Made by a program: the position numbers and the translations under genes
The notes under the pieces: model-generated
What the model was told of the DNA's origin: nothing
What the model saw: only the letters and a program-made list of their open reading frames with translations
The model's database searches: none
From: an uncultured Oscillospiraceae bacterium
Lineage (GTDB): Bacteria; Bacillota; Clostridia; Oscillospirales; Ruminococcaceae
DNA length: 64,000 bases
Reading direction: 5' to 3'
Assembly (NCBI GenBank): GCA_964370205.1
Contig: CAYJIK010000001.1
Location: 5,783-69,782, forward strand
In this document: positions 27,759 to 37,479 of the stretch, in pieces
Numbering within the stretch: the stretch's first letter is position 1
Layout: each line of letters begins with the position of its first letter

Positions 27759-29933
27759 ATGTTCATGAGTGAACATGTTAATACGTATAAAGAATTAGAA
27801 AACAGAATCATAGCTACAGGCAAGCCATACAACCTGGAGCTTATTAAATCTGCCTATGAGTTTGCGAACATTGCTCACAAAGACCAACTCCGCAAATCCG
27901 GTGAACCGTATATATCCCACCCCATAGCGGTGGCGTCTATACTGCTCGAGCTTGGTATGGACGGTGACTCGTTAACGGCGGCACTTCTGCATGATGTTGT
28001 GGAGGACACCGAGGCTTCGGGGCAAGAGGTCGAAAAGCTGTTCGGCAAAGAGGTTTATCTACTTGTAGACGGACTTACAAAGCTTGAAAAAATACCTTTT
28101 TCCTCCAAAGAGGAGCAACAGGCAGAGAACATCAGAAAGATGCTACTTGCCATTGCACAGGACGTGCGTGTGGTTATCATTAAGCTGGCTGACCGACTAC
28201 ACAACGCAAGGACATTCGAGTTTTTATCCGAAGAAAAAGCGAGGTACAAAGCGCTTGAGACCATGGAAATCTACGCTCCACTGGCACAGCGCCTTGGTAT
28301 ACGTGCGCTAAAAGAGGAACTTGAGGACATTTCCCTCCGCTTTCTTGACAATGTAGCATACAAAGAAATTGAAGATCAGCTTAACCTGCGTGCGGATGAG
28401 CGTCAAAACTTTATCGACAAGATATGTTCCGAGATATACGAGCGAGTAAAGCTTGAACATCCAAACGCACAAGTGACAGGACGTGTCAAAAGCATTTACG
28501 GCATCTACCGTAAGGTTTACATGAACGGCAGAGCCATGTCCGACGTGTTTGACGTGTACGCTATCAGGGTAATAGTAAACTCTGTCATAGAATGTTATAA
28601 CATCCTCGGTATTATCCACGACATGTACCGTCCTATCCCCAGTAGGTTTAAAGACTATATATCGACACCTAAACAGAATATGTACCAGTCGCTTCACACG
28701 TCGGTGTTCGGCGTTGAAGGTACACCGTTTGAAACACAGATACGCACGTGGGATATGCACCACACCGCCGAATACGGTATAGCAGCCCACTGGAAATACA
28801 AAGCCGGTATTACAGGTAAGGACAAACTTGAAGAGCGTATGGCGTGGGTGCGCCAGCTTATAGAAACGCAACAGGATAGCGACGACGCAGAGGAGATTGT
28901 CCGCACTATCAAAACCGACATAGCACAGGACGAAGTGTTTGTCTACACGCCTAAAGGGGACATTAAAAGCCTACCTGCCGGCTCAACCATTGTGGACTAT
29001 GCCTATTCCATCCACACCCAGATAGGTAACCGAATGTCAGGCGCACTGGTTGACGGTAGAATGGTGGGCATTGACTACGTGGTACAGACAGGCGATGTAA
29101 TAGAAGTGCTTACCTCCAACAAGTCAGGCGGCCCCAGCCGTGATTGGCTTAACATCGCCCGCACCACCGATGCCAGAGCAAAAATACGCAACTGGTTCAA
29201 GCGTGAACAGCGAGACGAAAATGTCAAACAGGGACGTGAAGCGGTCGAGCGAGAGTTTAAGAGATACGGTATTCATCTAAACGATACAGAGATGCAAGAA
29301 TTCCTCGAAGTTGAAGCAAAGCGCCAGCATCAAAACACTATTGACGACTTCTATGCTTCTATAGGATACGGCGGTATTTCACTTAGTCGTATACTGCCAA
29401 GACTGAAGGACTACTACCTAAAAGAGTACGCCAAAGACGAGCAAGAAGACCAGCAACCTGTCATCAAACAGCGAAAAGAGCATAAGGACTCCAGTGGCGT
29501 CATAGTTGACGGTATTGAGGGTTGTCGTGTCAAGTTTGCCAAGTGCTGTAACCCACTACCGGGAGATGATATAGTCGGCTTTATCACCCGAGGGTTCGGT
29601 GTGTCGGTACACAAAAAGAACTGTCCGAATGCGGGTGACATGAGCGGTGACGGAGCAGAGCGTTGGGTAAGAACCAGTTGGGCGTCTACTATAAAAGAGT
29701 CGTTCCAGTCCTCCATTGATATAGTCGGTACAAACCGTGACGGTCTGCTTGCCGATGTGACTGTAGCGCTTAAAAACCTTCACATCTCTATACATTCTCT
29801 GATGGCGAAAGAGCTAAAAGACGGTAGAGCAAGCTTTAGGGTAACGATATCCATAACCGATATAAATCAGTTTAACTTTGTAGCGTCAGCGCTAAACAAG
29901 ATTAACGGCGTGTCATCCGTGGATAGAGTTTAG
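27759..29933 (+). CDS. relA: Bifunctional (p)ppGpp synthetase/hydrolase (RelA/SpoT homologue)
   Basis: HD hydrolase domain (HPIAVA...LHDVVEDT), synthetase motifs (YRPIPSRFKDYISTPKQNMYQSLHT), and TGS and ACT regions. Confidence 0.95.
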   Translation: MFMSEHVNTYKELENRIIATGKPYNLELIKSAYEFANIAHKDQLRKSGEPYISHPIAVASILLELGMDGDSLTAALLHDVVEDTEASGQEVEKLFGKEVYLLVDGLTKLEKIPFSSKEEQQAENIRKMLLAIAQDVRVVIIKLADRLHNARTFEFLSEEKARYKALETMEIYAPLAQRLGIRALKEELEDISLRFLDNVAYKEIEDQLNLRADERQNFIDKICSEIYERVKLEHPNAQVTGRVKSIYGIYRKVYMNGRAMSDVFDVYAIRVIVNSVIECYNILGIIHDMYRPIPSRFKDYISTPKQNMYQSLHTSVFGVEGTPFETQIRTWDMHHTAEYGIAAHWKYKAGITGKDKLEERMAWVRQLIETQQDSDDAEEIVRTIKTDIAQDEVFVYTPKGDIKSLPAGSTIVDYAYSIHTQIGNRMSGALVDGRMVGIDYVVQTGDVIEVLTSNKSGGPSRDWLNIARTTDARAKIRNWFKREQRDENVKQGREAVEREFKRYGIHLNDTEMQEFLEVEAKRQHQNTIDDFYASIGYGGISLSRILPRLKDYYLKEYAKDEQEDQQPVIKQRKEHKDSSGVIVDGIEGCRVKFAKCCNPLPGDDIVGFITRGFGVSVHKKNCPNAGDMSGDGAERWVRTSWASTIKESFQSSIDIVGTNRDGLLADVTVALKNLHISIHSLMAKELKDGRASFRVTISITDINQFNFVASALNKINGVSSVDRV

Positions 29934-29990
29934 GTTAATAACAATATTTTTCTAACCCCACAAAGCATCCAGAAAGGAACGGGCATATAA

Positions 29991-30440
29991 TTGAAAGCAG
30001 TAATACAAAGAGTGAGCAGTGCCTCGGTTGAATACGACGGAGCTGTGCAGGCAGAGATTGAAAGCGGTTTTGTGGTGCTACTGGGTATTTGTCACAGTGA
30101 CAACGAGCGTGTTGCGGATGTCATGGCGGAAAAGATAAGCGGTATGCGCATTTTCACCGATGAGGGCGGAAAGTTCAACCTGTCCCTGTCTGACGTGGGC
30201 GGTGAGGTGCTACTAATCTCAAATTTCACGTTGTACGCTGACTGCAAGAAGGGCAGACGCCCCTCCTTTACCGAAGCGTCACGCCCCGAACACTCAGAAC
30301 CACTCTATAACTACTTTACCGAGCGACTGCGCCTGACCATCCCCGTCAAAACAGGCGAATTCGGCGCAGACATGAAAGTCAACATCGCAAACGACGGTCC
30401 TGTCACCATAGTGCTGGACAGCGATACGCTTAGCATTTAA
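29991..30440 (+). CDS. dtd: D-aminoacyl-tRNA deacylase
   Basis: TTG start. Motifs MKAVIQRVSSASV, SNFTLYAD and NDGPVT. Confidence 0.9.
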   Translation: MKAVIQRVSSASVEYDGAVQAEIESGFVVLLGICHSDNERVADVMAEKISGMRIFTDEGGKFNLSLSDVGGEVLLISNFTLYADCKKGRRPSFTEASRPEHSEPLYNYFTERLRLTIPVKTGEFGADMKVNIANDGPVTIVLDSDTLSI

Positions 30441-30466
30441 GTACACATGAAAGGACAGATATAGAT

Positions 30467-31111
30467 ATGGGAACACTCGGTATTAAACATCTGGCGTTAG
30501 GTATGCTCAGAACAAACTGTTATATAGTATACAGCGAGGGAAAGTGCGCTGTTATAGACCCCGGCGCACAGGCGGACAAAATTGTATCCGCCATCTCGGA
30601 AATCGGCGCAGAACCACAATATATACTACTAACCCACCCACACTTTGACCACATAGGCGCAGTAAAAGAACTATGTGCCACATACCCTAACATTAAGGTA
30701 TGCATAGGCGAGGGCGACCTCCCCGAGTTGGAGAACGCCGCTGAGTCGTTTGCCGCCGCCGTAAAGGGAAATAGAGAAAAGTACACAGACTTCACCGCTG
30801 ACATACTACTAAACGACGGTGACAGCATAGCGGTTGGTGCAGAAACATTTACAGTCATATCCACTCCCGGGCATACCCGAGCAGGCGTGTGCTACCTGTG
30901 CGGTGATGAGCTGTTCACAGGGGACACCCTTTTCCGTGAGGAAGTGGGCAGGTGTGACCTTGTAGGCGGTGACTATCACACGATACTCCGCTCTGTAAAA
31001 CGTCTTGCGGCGATGTCGGGGGAATACAACGTCTACCCGGGACACGAGGAATTTTCCACGATGTCACACGAGAGAGCGTTTAACAGGTATATAAACTCTA
31101 CAGAGGTGTAG
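30467..31111 (+). CDS. MBL-fold metallo-hydrolase
   Basis: THPHFDHIG (HxHxDH motif), plus TPGHT and GD..F. Confidence 0.85.
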   Translation: MGTLGIKHLALGMLRTNCYIVYSEGKCAVIDPGAQADKIVSAISEIGAEPQYILLTHPHFDHIGAVKELCATYPNIKVCIGEGDLPELENAAESFAAAVKGNREKYTDFTADILLNDGDSIAVGAETFTVISTPGHTRAGVCYLCGDELFTGDTLFREEVGRCDLVGGDYHTILRSVKRLAAMSGEYNVYPGHEEFSTMSHERAFNRYINSTEV

Positions 31112-31134
31112 TCTGAATTGAAAGGCTGATAAAT

Positions 31135-32574
31135 ATGTTGACCTGCGTGGGGCATAAGTTTCGATATGAAACAGAAAACGTAGCTAGAATATTTTTGGGG
31201 GACGGCGTGAAGTCAGAGGACACGCTGATTGTAACCGAGCTTGAGCAGTCTGTGGACTGTATCAAAGTGACGGTGACGATAAAGCTGGGAGAAGCTGAAA
31301 GGCACACCTTTGATACGCTACCAATAACGTCCACCGAAAACGACAGGGAACTTGCCCTGTGCACGCTTCTCTTTAAAGAGCTTTCTGACCTCACAGGTAA
31401 AACGCCACGTTGGGGCATACTCACAGGGGTTAGACCTGTACGCTTTATCCGCACCCTCCTTTCACGTGGTGTAGAGGAGGACAGCGTCAAGGAGGTCCTT
31501 AAAAACCGTTACCGTGTTGCGGACGACATGATAGAGCTTGCGCACAACATCCACGAGAGGCAGAAACTGTTCTTGCCCACCCCTAAGCTGTCCGAGATAA
31601 GCATATACATCGGTATACCGTTCTGCCCGACAATCTGTAGCTACTGCTCATTTGTATCACAAGCAGTGGGACGTGCCGGAGAGCAGATCGAGCAGTACTT
31701 AACCTGTCTAAAAAAGGAAATAGAGCATACCGCACAGCTTGTTACGGCACTAGGTCTTACCGTCAAGACAGTATACATAGGCGGAGGCACTCCAACCTCG
31801 ATAACCGCACATCAGCTGGACCAACTTTTGAGAACAATAGAAAAAAACTTTGACCTTTCCACCACTGTGGAATACACGATAGAAGCAGGTAGAGCGGATA
31901 CAATAGACTACGATAAACTTATGGTAATAAAGAACTCCGCCGCCACAAGAATTAGCATAAACCCACAGAGCCTAAACGATGACGTCTTAAAAATTGCAGG
32001 CAGAAACCACACCGCCGAAGACGTTTTCCATGTGTACAACCTCGCAAGAAAGATAGGTGTCGGAGCAATAAACATGGACATCATAGCAGGACTTTACGGT
32101 GATAGCGTCCAAAGCTTCTGCGACACTGTAGATAAAATCGCAGAGCTACGCCCCGAAAATGTCACCGTACACACCCTCACAGTAAAGCGAGCCTCAAGAA
32201 TTAACATGGAAAAACTACCAACTCTAAGCGAAAACGACACCGAAACTATGGTAGACTATGCAAGGAGAACGCTAACACACTCAGCGTATTCCCCTTACTA
32301 TATGTATAGGCAAAAGAGCACTGTAAACAACCTCGAAAACATCGGCTACACGCTTGACGGCTTTGAAGGGCTTTACAATGTTTACATAATGGATGAAACG
32401 CACAGCATACTGTCACTGGGAGCAGGTGGTATAACAAAGCTGTGCTTACCTGACGGTTCATATATAGAGCGTGTCCAAAACTTCAAATACTCGTTTGAAT
32501 ATATATCACGATTTGACGAAATCATTGAGAGAAAAACCAAAATTACCGAGTTTTACAAAAGGCATCTGTTATAA
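31135..32574 (+). CDS. hemZ: Radical SAM coproporphyrinogen-dehydrogenase-like protein (HemZ type)
   Basis: CxxxCxxC cluster is IPFCPTICSYCSF. Also GGGTP and a HemN-like C-terminal region. 479 aa. Confidence 0.75.
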   Translation: MLTCVGHKFRYETENVARIFLGDGVKSEDTLIVTELEQSVDCIKVTVTIKLGEAERHTFDTLPITSTENDRELALCTLLFKELSDLTGKTPRWGILTGVRPVRFIRTLLSRGVEEDSVKEVLKNRYRVADDMIELAHNIHERQKLFLPTPKLSEISIYIGIPFCPTICSYCSFVSQAVGRAGEQIEQYLTCLKKEIEHTAQLVTALGLTVKTVYIGGGTPTSITAHQLDQLLRTIEKNFDLSTTVEYTIEAGRADTIDYDKLMVIKNSAATRISINPQSLNDDVLKIAGRNHTAEDVFHVYNLARKIGVGAINMDIIAGLYGDSVQSFCDTVDKIAELRPENVTVHTLTVKRASRINMEKLPTLSENDTETMVDYARRTLTHSAYSPYYMYRQKSTVNNLENIGYTLDGFEGLYNVYIMDETHSILSLGAGGITKLCLPDGSYIERVQNFKYSFEYISRFDEIIERKTKITEFYKRHLL

Positions 32575-32641
32575 TCCAGATAACTATATTTTTTGAAAGG
32601 GCGGTGAACGTCGGTTCTCGGCAACGAGTCCCGATAAATTT

Positions 32642-33070
32642 ATGTCAGACTTTAATAGTGTTTTTTCAAAGGTTAAGCATATTGTCAATGCAGCAGGGAG
32701 AGGTACATCAGTTGCGGTTGAAATTTCAAAGCTTAATCTTAAAATTATGCAGGTTAATACAATGCTCCAGAGCACGTATGAGCGTATAGGTACGCTTTAC
32801 TACGAACAGGAGCGTAAAGGCGTGAATAACAGCGACAAGCTCACATTATGCGCTCTCGAAGTGGATGACATGCTGTTAGAGCTTGCTGATTTGGGCGAGA
32901 AGATAGCGGTACTAAAGCGTGGCGTAATTTGCCCCAAATGCAGGACAGTAAACCCAACTCATTCGGGGTACTGTTCACGTTGTGGCGCAAACATTGCTAA
33001 GGCAACCAAACCGGATGACCAAGCTGAAGAAGCCACCTTTATAGTGACATTTCCACCCGATAATGACTAA
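32642..33070 (+). CDS. Coiled-coil protein with a C-terminal zinc ribbon
   Basis: CPKCRTVNPTHSGYCSRCGANI follows a helical N-terminal half. There is no clear SD. Confidence 0.6.
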   Translation: MSDFNSVFSKVKHIVNAAGRGTSVAVEISKLNLKIMQVNTMLQSTYERIGTLYYEQERKGVNNSDKLTLCALEVDDMLLELADLGEKIAVLKRGVICPKCRTVNPTHSGYCSRCGANIAKATKPDDQAEEATFIVTFPPDND

Positions 33071-33097
33071 TAACCCACAGTTATGAAGAGGTAACAG

Positions 33098-33454
33098 ATG
33101 AACGATAAAGACACCACCATCGAACAGCTACGCTGTCATATCTTGAAGTTTTGCGAAGAAAGGCAGTGGACAACCGCAGACGGTGACAACCCGAAAAACC
33201 TGTCCATGGCGCTGTCGGTGGAGGTAGCGGAACTACTTGAAATCTTCACATGGACACACTCGGATAAGATGGCAACGCTGACAGAGGACGCACCGACCTT
33301 CCTACATATCAAAGAGGAGGTAGCGGACATTTTTTGGTATCTACTCAGATTTTGTTCCGTGATGGGTATCGACCTTTCCGAGGCTGTAGAGCAAAAGACA
33401 CACAAAAACGCTGTGAAATACCCTGTGAAACCACCACAAATGTCAAACAGCTAA
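33098..33454 (+). CDS. MazG-like nucleotide pyrophosphohydrolase (small all-alpha NTP-PPase)
   Basis: SD GAAGAGG. EVAELLEIF ... EEVADIFWYLL is the EExxE/ExxD-type MazG core. Confidence 0.75.
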   Translation: MNDKDTTIEQLRCHILKFCEERQWTTADGDNPKNLSMALSVEVAELLEIFTWTHSDKMATLTEDAPTFLHIKEEVADIFWYLLRFCSVMGIDLSEAVEQKTHKNAVKYPVKPPQMSNS

Positions 33455-33507
33455 CAGAGTGCACCATATCCAACCTCCACGAAAGGGGCAGAATAACAGT
33501 GCCGAAC

Positions 33508-34791
33508 ATGATTGACTATGTTCGAGAAGTCGGACATCTTACTTTTAAGAAGCTGCCCTTTAACGCAGCGGACAGCTTGGTAATTACACAGTTTGCTTAT
33601 CTGAACTTTGAGCTCACGCCTCTTTGTAGTAGTGAGAACGATATAAAAATTGCACTTAGCTCGCTTGGCGGTTTGGAGCAGTTTGAAAAGCTTTTCACAA
33701 GCGCTTATAACCCCGTCGAAACAGAGCGACTTTACCAAACCGCAATGGTGACAGAGAGATATAAAAATCTCTATGCCACCAAATATGTCAACATAGTGGA
33801 CAGCGACAAAGAGTGCCAGTTTTCCGCAATTTTGATAACGGAAGATGACGGTATAGAATATGTAGCGTTCAGGGGGACAGACTCCAGCTTGGTTGGTTGG
33901 AAAGAAAACTTTATGCTGTCCTTTTCCGAGAGTATACCGTCACAAAGCCTTGCAGTCGATTACCTAAACTCCCTCGGTGATATCCTGAATGAAAACATCA
34001 TAATTGGCGGACATTCAAAGGGCGGCAACCTTGCCATTTATGCTGCAGCACGGTGTAGGGATGATATCAAAGCTAAAATCTGTGTTATCTACGACCATGA
34101 CGGCCCCGGTTTTTACGGTTCTTTTTTGCAGTCACCTGACTTTTTAGCAATTCAGCATAAAATCCATACAACACTACCACAGACGGCGGTAATAAGTCTA
34201 ATGCTACCCAAGACCGATTGCTATCACGTTGTAAAAAGTAATGCATTTTCCGTCTTTCAACATGACCCTTACTCCTGGCAGACGGACAGCAAAGGCTTTA
34301 TATACATGAGCGACATAAACCTCGGTGCATTGGCTTTTAAAGACAGTGCCACTCATTTAATGAAGACCATACCCGCCGAACAAAGACAGTCGGTGGTTAA
34401 TATATTGTTCAGATTGATGGGCGAAGCAGAGGGTAAGACCATCAAAGAAATCCAACAACACTGGCGAAAAAACCTCTATGTACTGACCAAAGCGCTAATA
34501 GACCTTAGCGAAGAGGAACGACATGAAGTTATAAGCACATTACAGCTAATCTTCATGACAACACTAAAGTCAAGGATGTACGGCGGCAGGGAATACGTCA
34601 AGTGCAACGGTTGCGGAAGCTACCTGCGCAGTGACCAAGCCGTACCGCTTGTCTGCAAAAACTGTCAGGCACCGCTTGAAAGGCACAAGGTTCTCGGATC
34701 AGGTATGGGTGATATGATCGCTAAAAGATTAAATATACGACGCCGTAATGTAACCTCAGCAGGGGAGAACGGTGCGAATGATAAAGCTTAG
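33508..34791 (+). CDS. DUF2974 (Mbeg1-like) lipase-fold protein with a C-terminal zinc ribbon
   Basis: Motifs VAFRGTDSSLVGWKEN and the nucleophile elbow IGGHSKGGNLA. The C-terminus has CNGCGSYL...CKNCQAP. The start is ATG 33508 or GTG 33499, after SD GAAAGGGG. The ORF-track start at 33334 overlaps the MazG-like gene. Confidence 0.7.
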   Translation: MIDYVREVGHLTFKKLPFNAADSLVITQFAYLNFELTPLCSSENDIKIALSSLGGLEQFEKLFTSAYNPVETERLYQTAMVTERYKNLYATKYVNIVDSDKECQFSAILITEDDGIEYVAFRGTDSSLVGWKENFMLSFSESIPSQSLAVDYLNSLGDILNENIIIGGHSKGGNLAIYAAARCRDDIKAKICVIYDHDGPGFYGSFLQSPDFLAIQHKIHTTLPQTAVISLMLPKTDCYHVVKSNAFSVFQHDPYSWQTDSKGFIYMSDINLGALAFKDSATHLMKTIPAEQRQSVVNILFRLMGEAEGKTIKEIQQHWRKNLYVLTKALIDLSEEERHEVISTLQLIFMTTLKSRMYGGREYVKCNGCGSYLRSDQAVPLVCKNCQAPLERHKVLGSGMGDMIAKRLNIRRRNVTSAGENGANDKA

Positions 34792-34806
34792 AAAGAGGAT
34801 TTTACC

Positions 34807-36600
34807 ATGGACGTGTTAAATTATACCTGCCCCAACTGCGGAGCAACATTAGCATATGACTATAAGACAGGTAAGCTCAGTTGCGCTCACTGCGGTTATG
34901 AAGGTGATATCACTGAGCAAACTACTGAACAGCTTGGAGAGGCGAGTGCAAACGGCGGAGGTGTCGGTACGCTGACCGGAGAAGGTCTGCTAAGCTACAC
35001 CTGTAGCCGCTGTGGTGGAGAGATATTGGTGACGGAAGACGTTTTGTCCACCACCTGTATCTACTGCGGTAATCAGACGATGATCCCGGGTAATCTCGAG
35101 GAGGAGTTTACACCAAATTACATAATCGGGTTCAAACACGGGAAAGACGAGCTGGAGCAGGCGTTTCTCGCCATGAAGAAAAAGAGAATACTTGCTCCTT
35201 CAATATTCTTTACCCCTCAGACTATCGACAAGACAAAGGGGATTTACGTCCCGCACTACCTTTTTGACTGCGATGCTGATGGTAGCATAACAGCGAGTGC
35301 GACAAAGGTGCGCAGATGGTCTGACTCGAAGTACAACTACACGGAAACCTCCCACTACCATGTAGAGCGAGGTGGAAGTGCCAGTTACGTCGCAATACCT
35401 GTGGACGGCTCTACAAAGTTTGACGACGCCATGATGGACACGGTAGGCACGTTTGACATGTCTGGGCTCACCGACTTTAACTATGCATATCTACCCGGTT
35501 ACATTTCACACCACCCCGACCAAAAGGCGGACGAGGTAGACGACAGAGCAAAGCTGAGAGCGAAAAACTCGCTGAAAGATCGCCTTCGTGCTGACGCACT
35601 TGGATACACAACTGTCACAGTTACATCGGATAATATAGATGTAGGCATTAAAAACACTTCTATTGCACTGCTCCCTGTGTGGACATTAACGACTGTCTTC
35701 AACAAAAAGCCGTATCGTTTTGCGATGAACGGCCAGTCAGGGGTGCTTGTGGGAAGCACTCCGATTTCAGTATTAAAGAGCATACTTTGTTTTGTGCTGT
35801 CCTTTTTAATAACGCTCATACCTGTACAAATCGGTATAATGCTTTTTGCCGACAACCCTGAGTATGTCCCACTTGAAGAACTCCGTACACACCAGATAGC
35901 AACACACTACCCACTTCAAGACACCTCACAAAAAATATACGATTACGCCGACCTTTTAACCCCTTCGGAAGAAGCAGAGTTAGCGGTAAGCATCTCAGAA
36001 TTTAACGTTGCGAGTGAACTGGACATGGTTGTACTCACCACCGAGGACACCATGGGCTACTACATCGAAACATACGCGCTCGACTTTTTCGATTACTCAG
36101 GCTTTGGTTTTGGCGAGTATAGTTCAGGCGTGATTCTTGCTGTTAACATGACAGATAGGCAGGTTGCTATCATGGGGTCAGGCGAGGCGGCATTTGTGTT
36201 TGACTACGAAACGGCAGAGGTTATGCTTGACACGATAGCGCCACTACTGACCGGTGGTTATTACTCTGCCGCCGCCGAAGCGTTTGTCACTGAAGCGACA
36301 GAACATGCAGGGACACCTTTTACAAGAACGTTCCGTGACATTTGGGTTGCTCTGCTGGTTGCACTGCTGGTGTCAGTTCCGCTGACAGGCACACTGATGT
36401 ATGCCTCGTACGGCAAGGTGAAGTTAGCCACAGAAGCGGCAAACTTCCAAGTACAGGGTAGCTTACATATACCGCACCGAGTGGACAGATTTTTACGCCG
36501 TTCTGTCAGCAAGAGTTCAAGAAGTTCTTCAAGCAGTGGAGGTGGCGGAGGTGGCGGTTCTTCCGGCCGTAGCGGTGGAGGAAGCAGCCGAGGTTTCTAA
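34807..36600 (+). CDS. Fusion protein: double zinc-ribbon cytoplasmic domain + TM + TPM domain + TM + Gly/Ser-rich tail
   Basis: Zinc ribbons are CPNCGATL..CAHCGY and CSRCGGEI..CIYCGN. TM helices are ILCFVLSFLITLIPVQIGIMLF and IWVALLVALLVSVPLTGTLMY. The TPM-like segment is IYDYADLLTPSEEAELAVSISEFNVASELDMVVLTT. The tail is SSSSSGGGGGGGSSGRSGGGSSRGF. Confidence 0.7.
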   Translation: MDVLNYTCPNCGATLAYDYKTGKLSCAHCGYEGDITEQTTEQLGEASANGGGVGTLTGEGLLSYTCSRCGGEILVTEDVLSTTCIYCGNQTMIPGNLEEEFTPNYIIGFKHGKDELEQAFLAMKKKRILAPSIFFTPQTIDKTKGIYVPHYLFDCDADGSITASATKVRRWSDSKYNYTETSHYHVERGGSASYVAIPVDGSTKFDDAMMDTVGTFDMSGLTDFNYAYLPGYISHHPDQKADEVDDRAKLRAKNSLKDRLRADALGYTTVTVTSDNIDVGIKNTSIALLPVWTLTTVFNKKPYRFAMNGQSGVLVGSTPISVLKSILCFVLSFLITLIPVQIGIMLFADNPEYVPLEELRTHQIATHYPLQDTSQKIYDYADLLTPSEEAELAVSISEFNVASELDMVVLTTEDTMGYYIETYALDFFDYSGFGFGEYSSGVILAVNMTDRQVAIMGSGEAAFVFDYETAEVMLDTIAPLLTGGYYSAAAEAFVTEATEHAGTPFTRTFRDIWVALLVALLVSVPLTGTLMYASYGKVKLATEAANFQVQGSLHIPHRVDRFLRRSVSKSSRSSSSSGGGGGGGSSGRSGGGSSRGF

Positions 36601-36704
36601 CAGTTAAAGCAGGGTTAACTGCTCCGATTTTCACACATTCTTATTAAACAGGACATATTTTATAAAAAAATGTGATATTTTTACCGTAAATACTGCTAAA
36701 AATA

Positions 36705-36733
36705 TTGACTTTTTGCGACAAAAAGAACATAAT
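36705..36733 (+). promoter_or_regulatory. Sigma-A type promoter for sepF
   Basis: TTGACT (36705-36710), 17 nt spacer, CATAAT (36728-36733). Confidence 0.5.
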
Positions 36734-36800
36734 AAGAGTGTATATATTGCTAAAGTGCTTTTATTGGTAAAGCATTAATAATAAGGGATGGAGAATAGCT

Positions 36801-37286
36801 ATGGAACTATTTGATAAGATCAAGGAATTTATCGGAGTCCCAAACGATGAGTTTGATGAAGACGATGAAAATGTTGTTCGCATATCCGACCCCGACTCTT
36901 CACGTATACATACACGTGTTGGTAAGGGCGGCGGTTTCCCCGAGGCTGAGCATGTGAAAACACCTACTGTCGAGACACGCCAGAAGGTGGTAAATCTAGC
37001 ATCTGCCGCAAAACAGCCCTCCGTTGTACTTGTTAGACCGGAGCGTTTTGAAGAGTCAAACAGTGTCGCTGATCATCTAAACGATAAGCACACAGTAATA
37101 CTAAATCTGGAAGCCACCAACAAAGAAACCGCTCGTCGTATACTTGACTTCATAAGCGGTGTAGCCTACGCTAACAACGGACAGGTGAGCAAGGTGGCGA
37201 ACAATACATTTATCATCACACCTTTCAACGTATCATTTGAGGGTGACAGTGCAGAAGAAATAGAGCTTGGAAGCGTTTATTTCTAA
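36801..37286 (+). CDS. sepF: Cell division protein SepF
   Basis: The C-terminal SepF domain reads VVLVRPERFEESNSVADHLNDKHTVILNLEATNKETARRILDFISGVAYANNGQVSKVANNTFIITP. Confidence 0.85.
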   Translation: MELFDKIKEFIGVPNDEFDEDDENVVRISDPDSSRIHTRVGKGGGFPEAEHVKTPTVETRQKVVNLASAAKQPSVVLVRPERFEESNSVADHLNDKHTVILNLEATNKETARRILDFISGVAYANNGQVSKVANNTFIITPFNVSFEGDSAEEIELGSVYF

Positions 37287-37366
37287 AAGAATTCGCCAAA
37301 ATTAAAAGGGTATTGTTTTGGGCTGCATATACACGCGCTTGAGATTTACCCGTAAAAACATAATAT

Positions 37367-37400
37367 CTACAACAGTAATCAATGACGGTTACTGTTGTAG
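37367..37400 (+). terminator. Strong hairpin between sepF and divIVA (12 bp perfect stem)
   Basis: CTACAACAGTAA (37367-37378), 10 nt loop, TTACTGTTGTAG (37389-37400). Only a weak T-tract follows, so terminator function is uncertain. Confidence 0.4.
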
Positions 37401-37479
37401 TCGTTCATTTAGTTTTGATTAAGGCCGCAAGCTTACCGTGCAGTCGGTGTTATTAAAAGAGGGGAGTATACGCAAAACG

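Noticed and set aside
29954-29980. A 22/27 match between the dtd upstream region (AACCCCACAAAGCATCCAGAAAGGAAC) and the right end of the lon leader repeat. There is a similar GAAAGGA...ATTACTATGA resemblance before the M24 peptidase gene (46687-46710).
   Set aside because: Much of the match is AGAAAGGA, the extended Shine-Dalgarno complement of the Firmicute 16S 3' tail (..CCUCCUUUCU). The remainder (12/16) is not convincing on its own.
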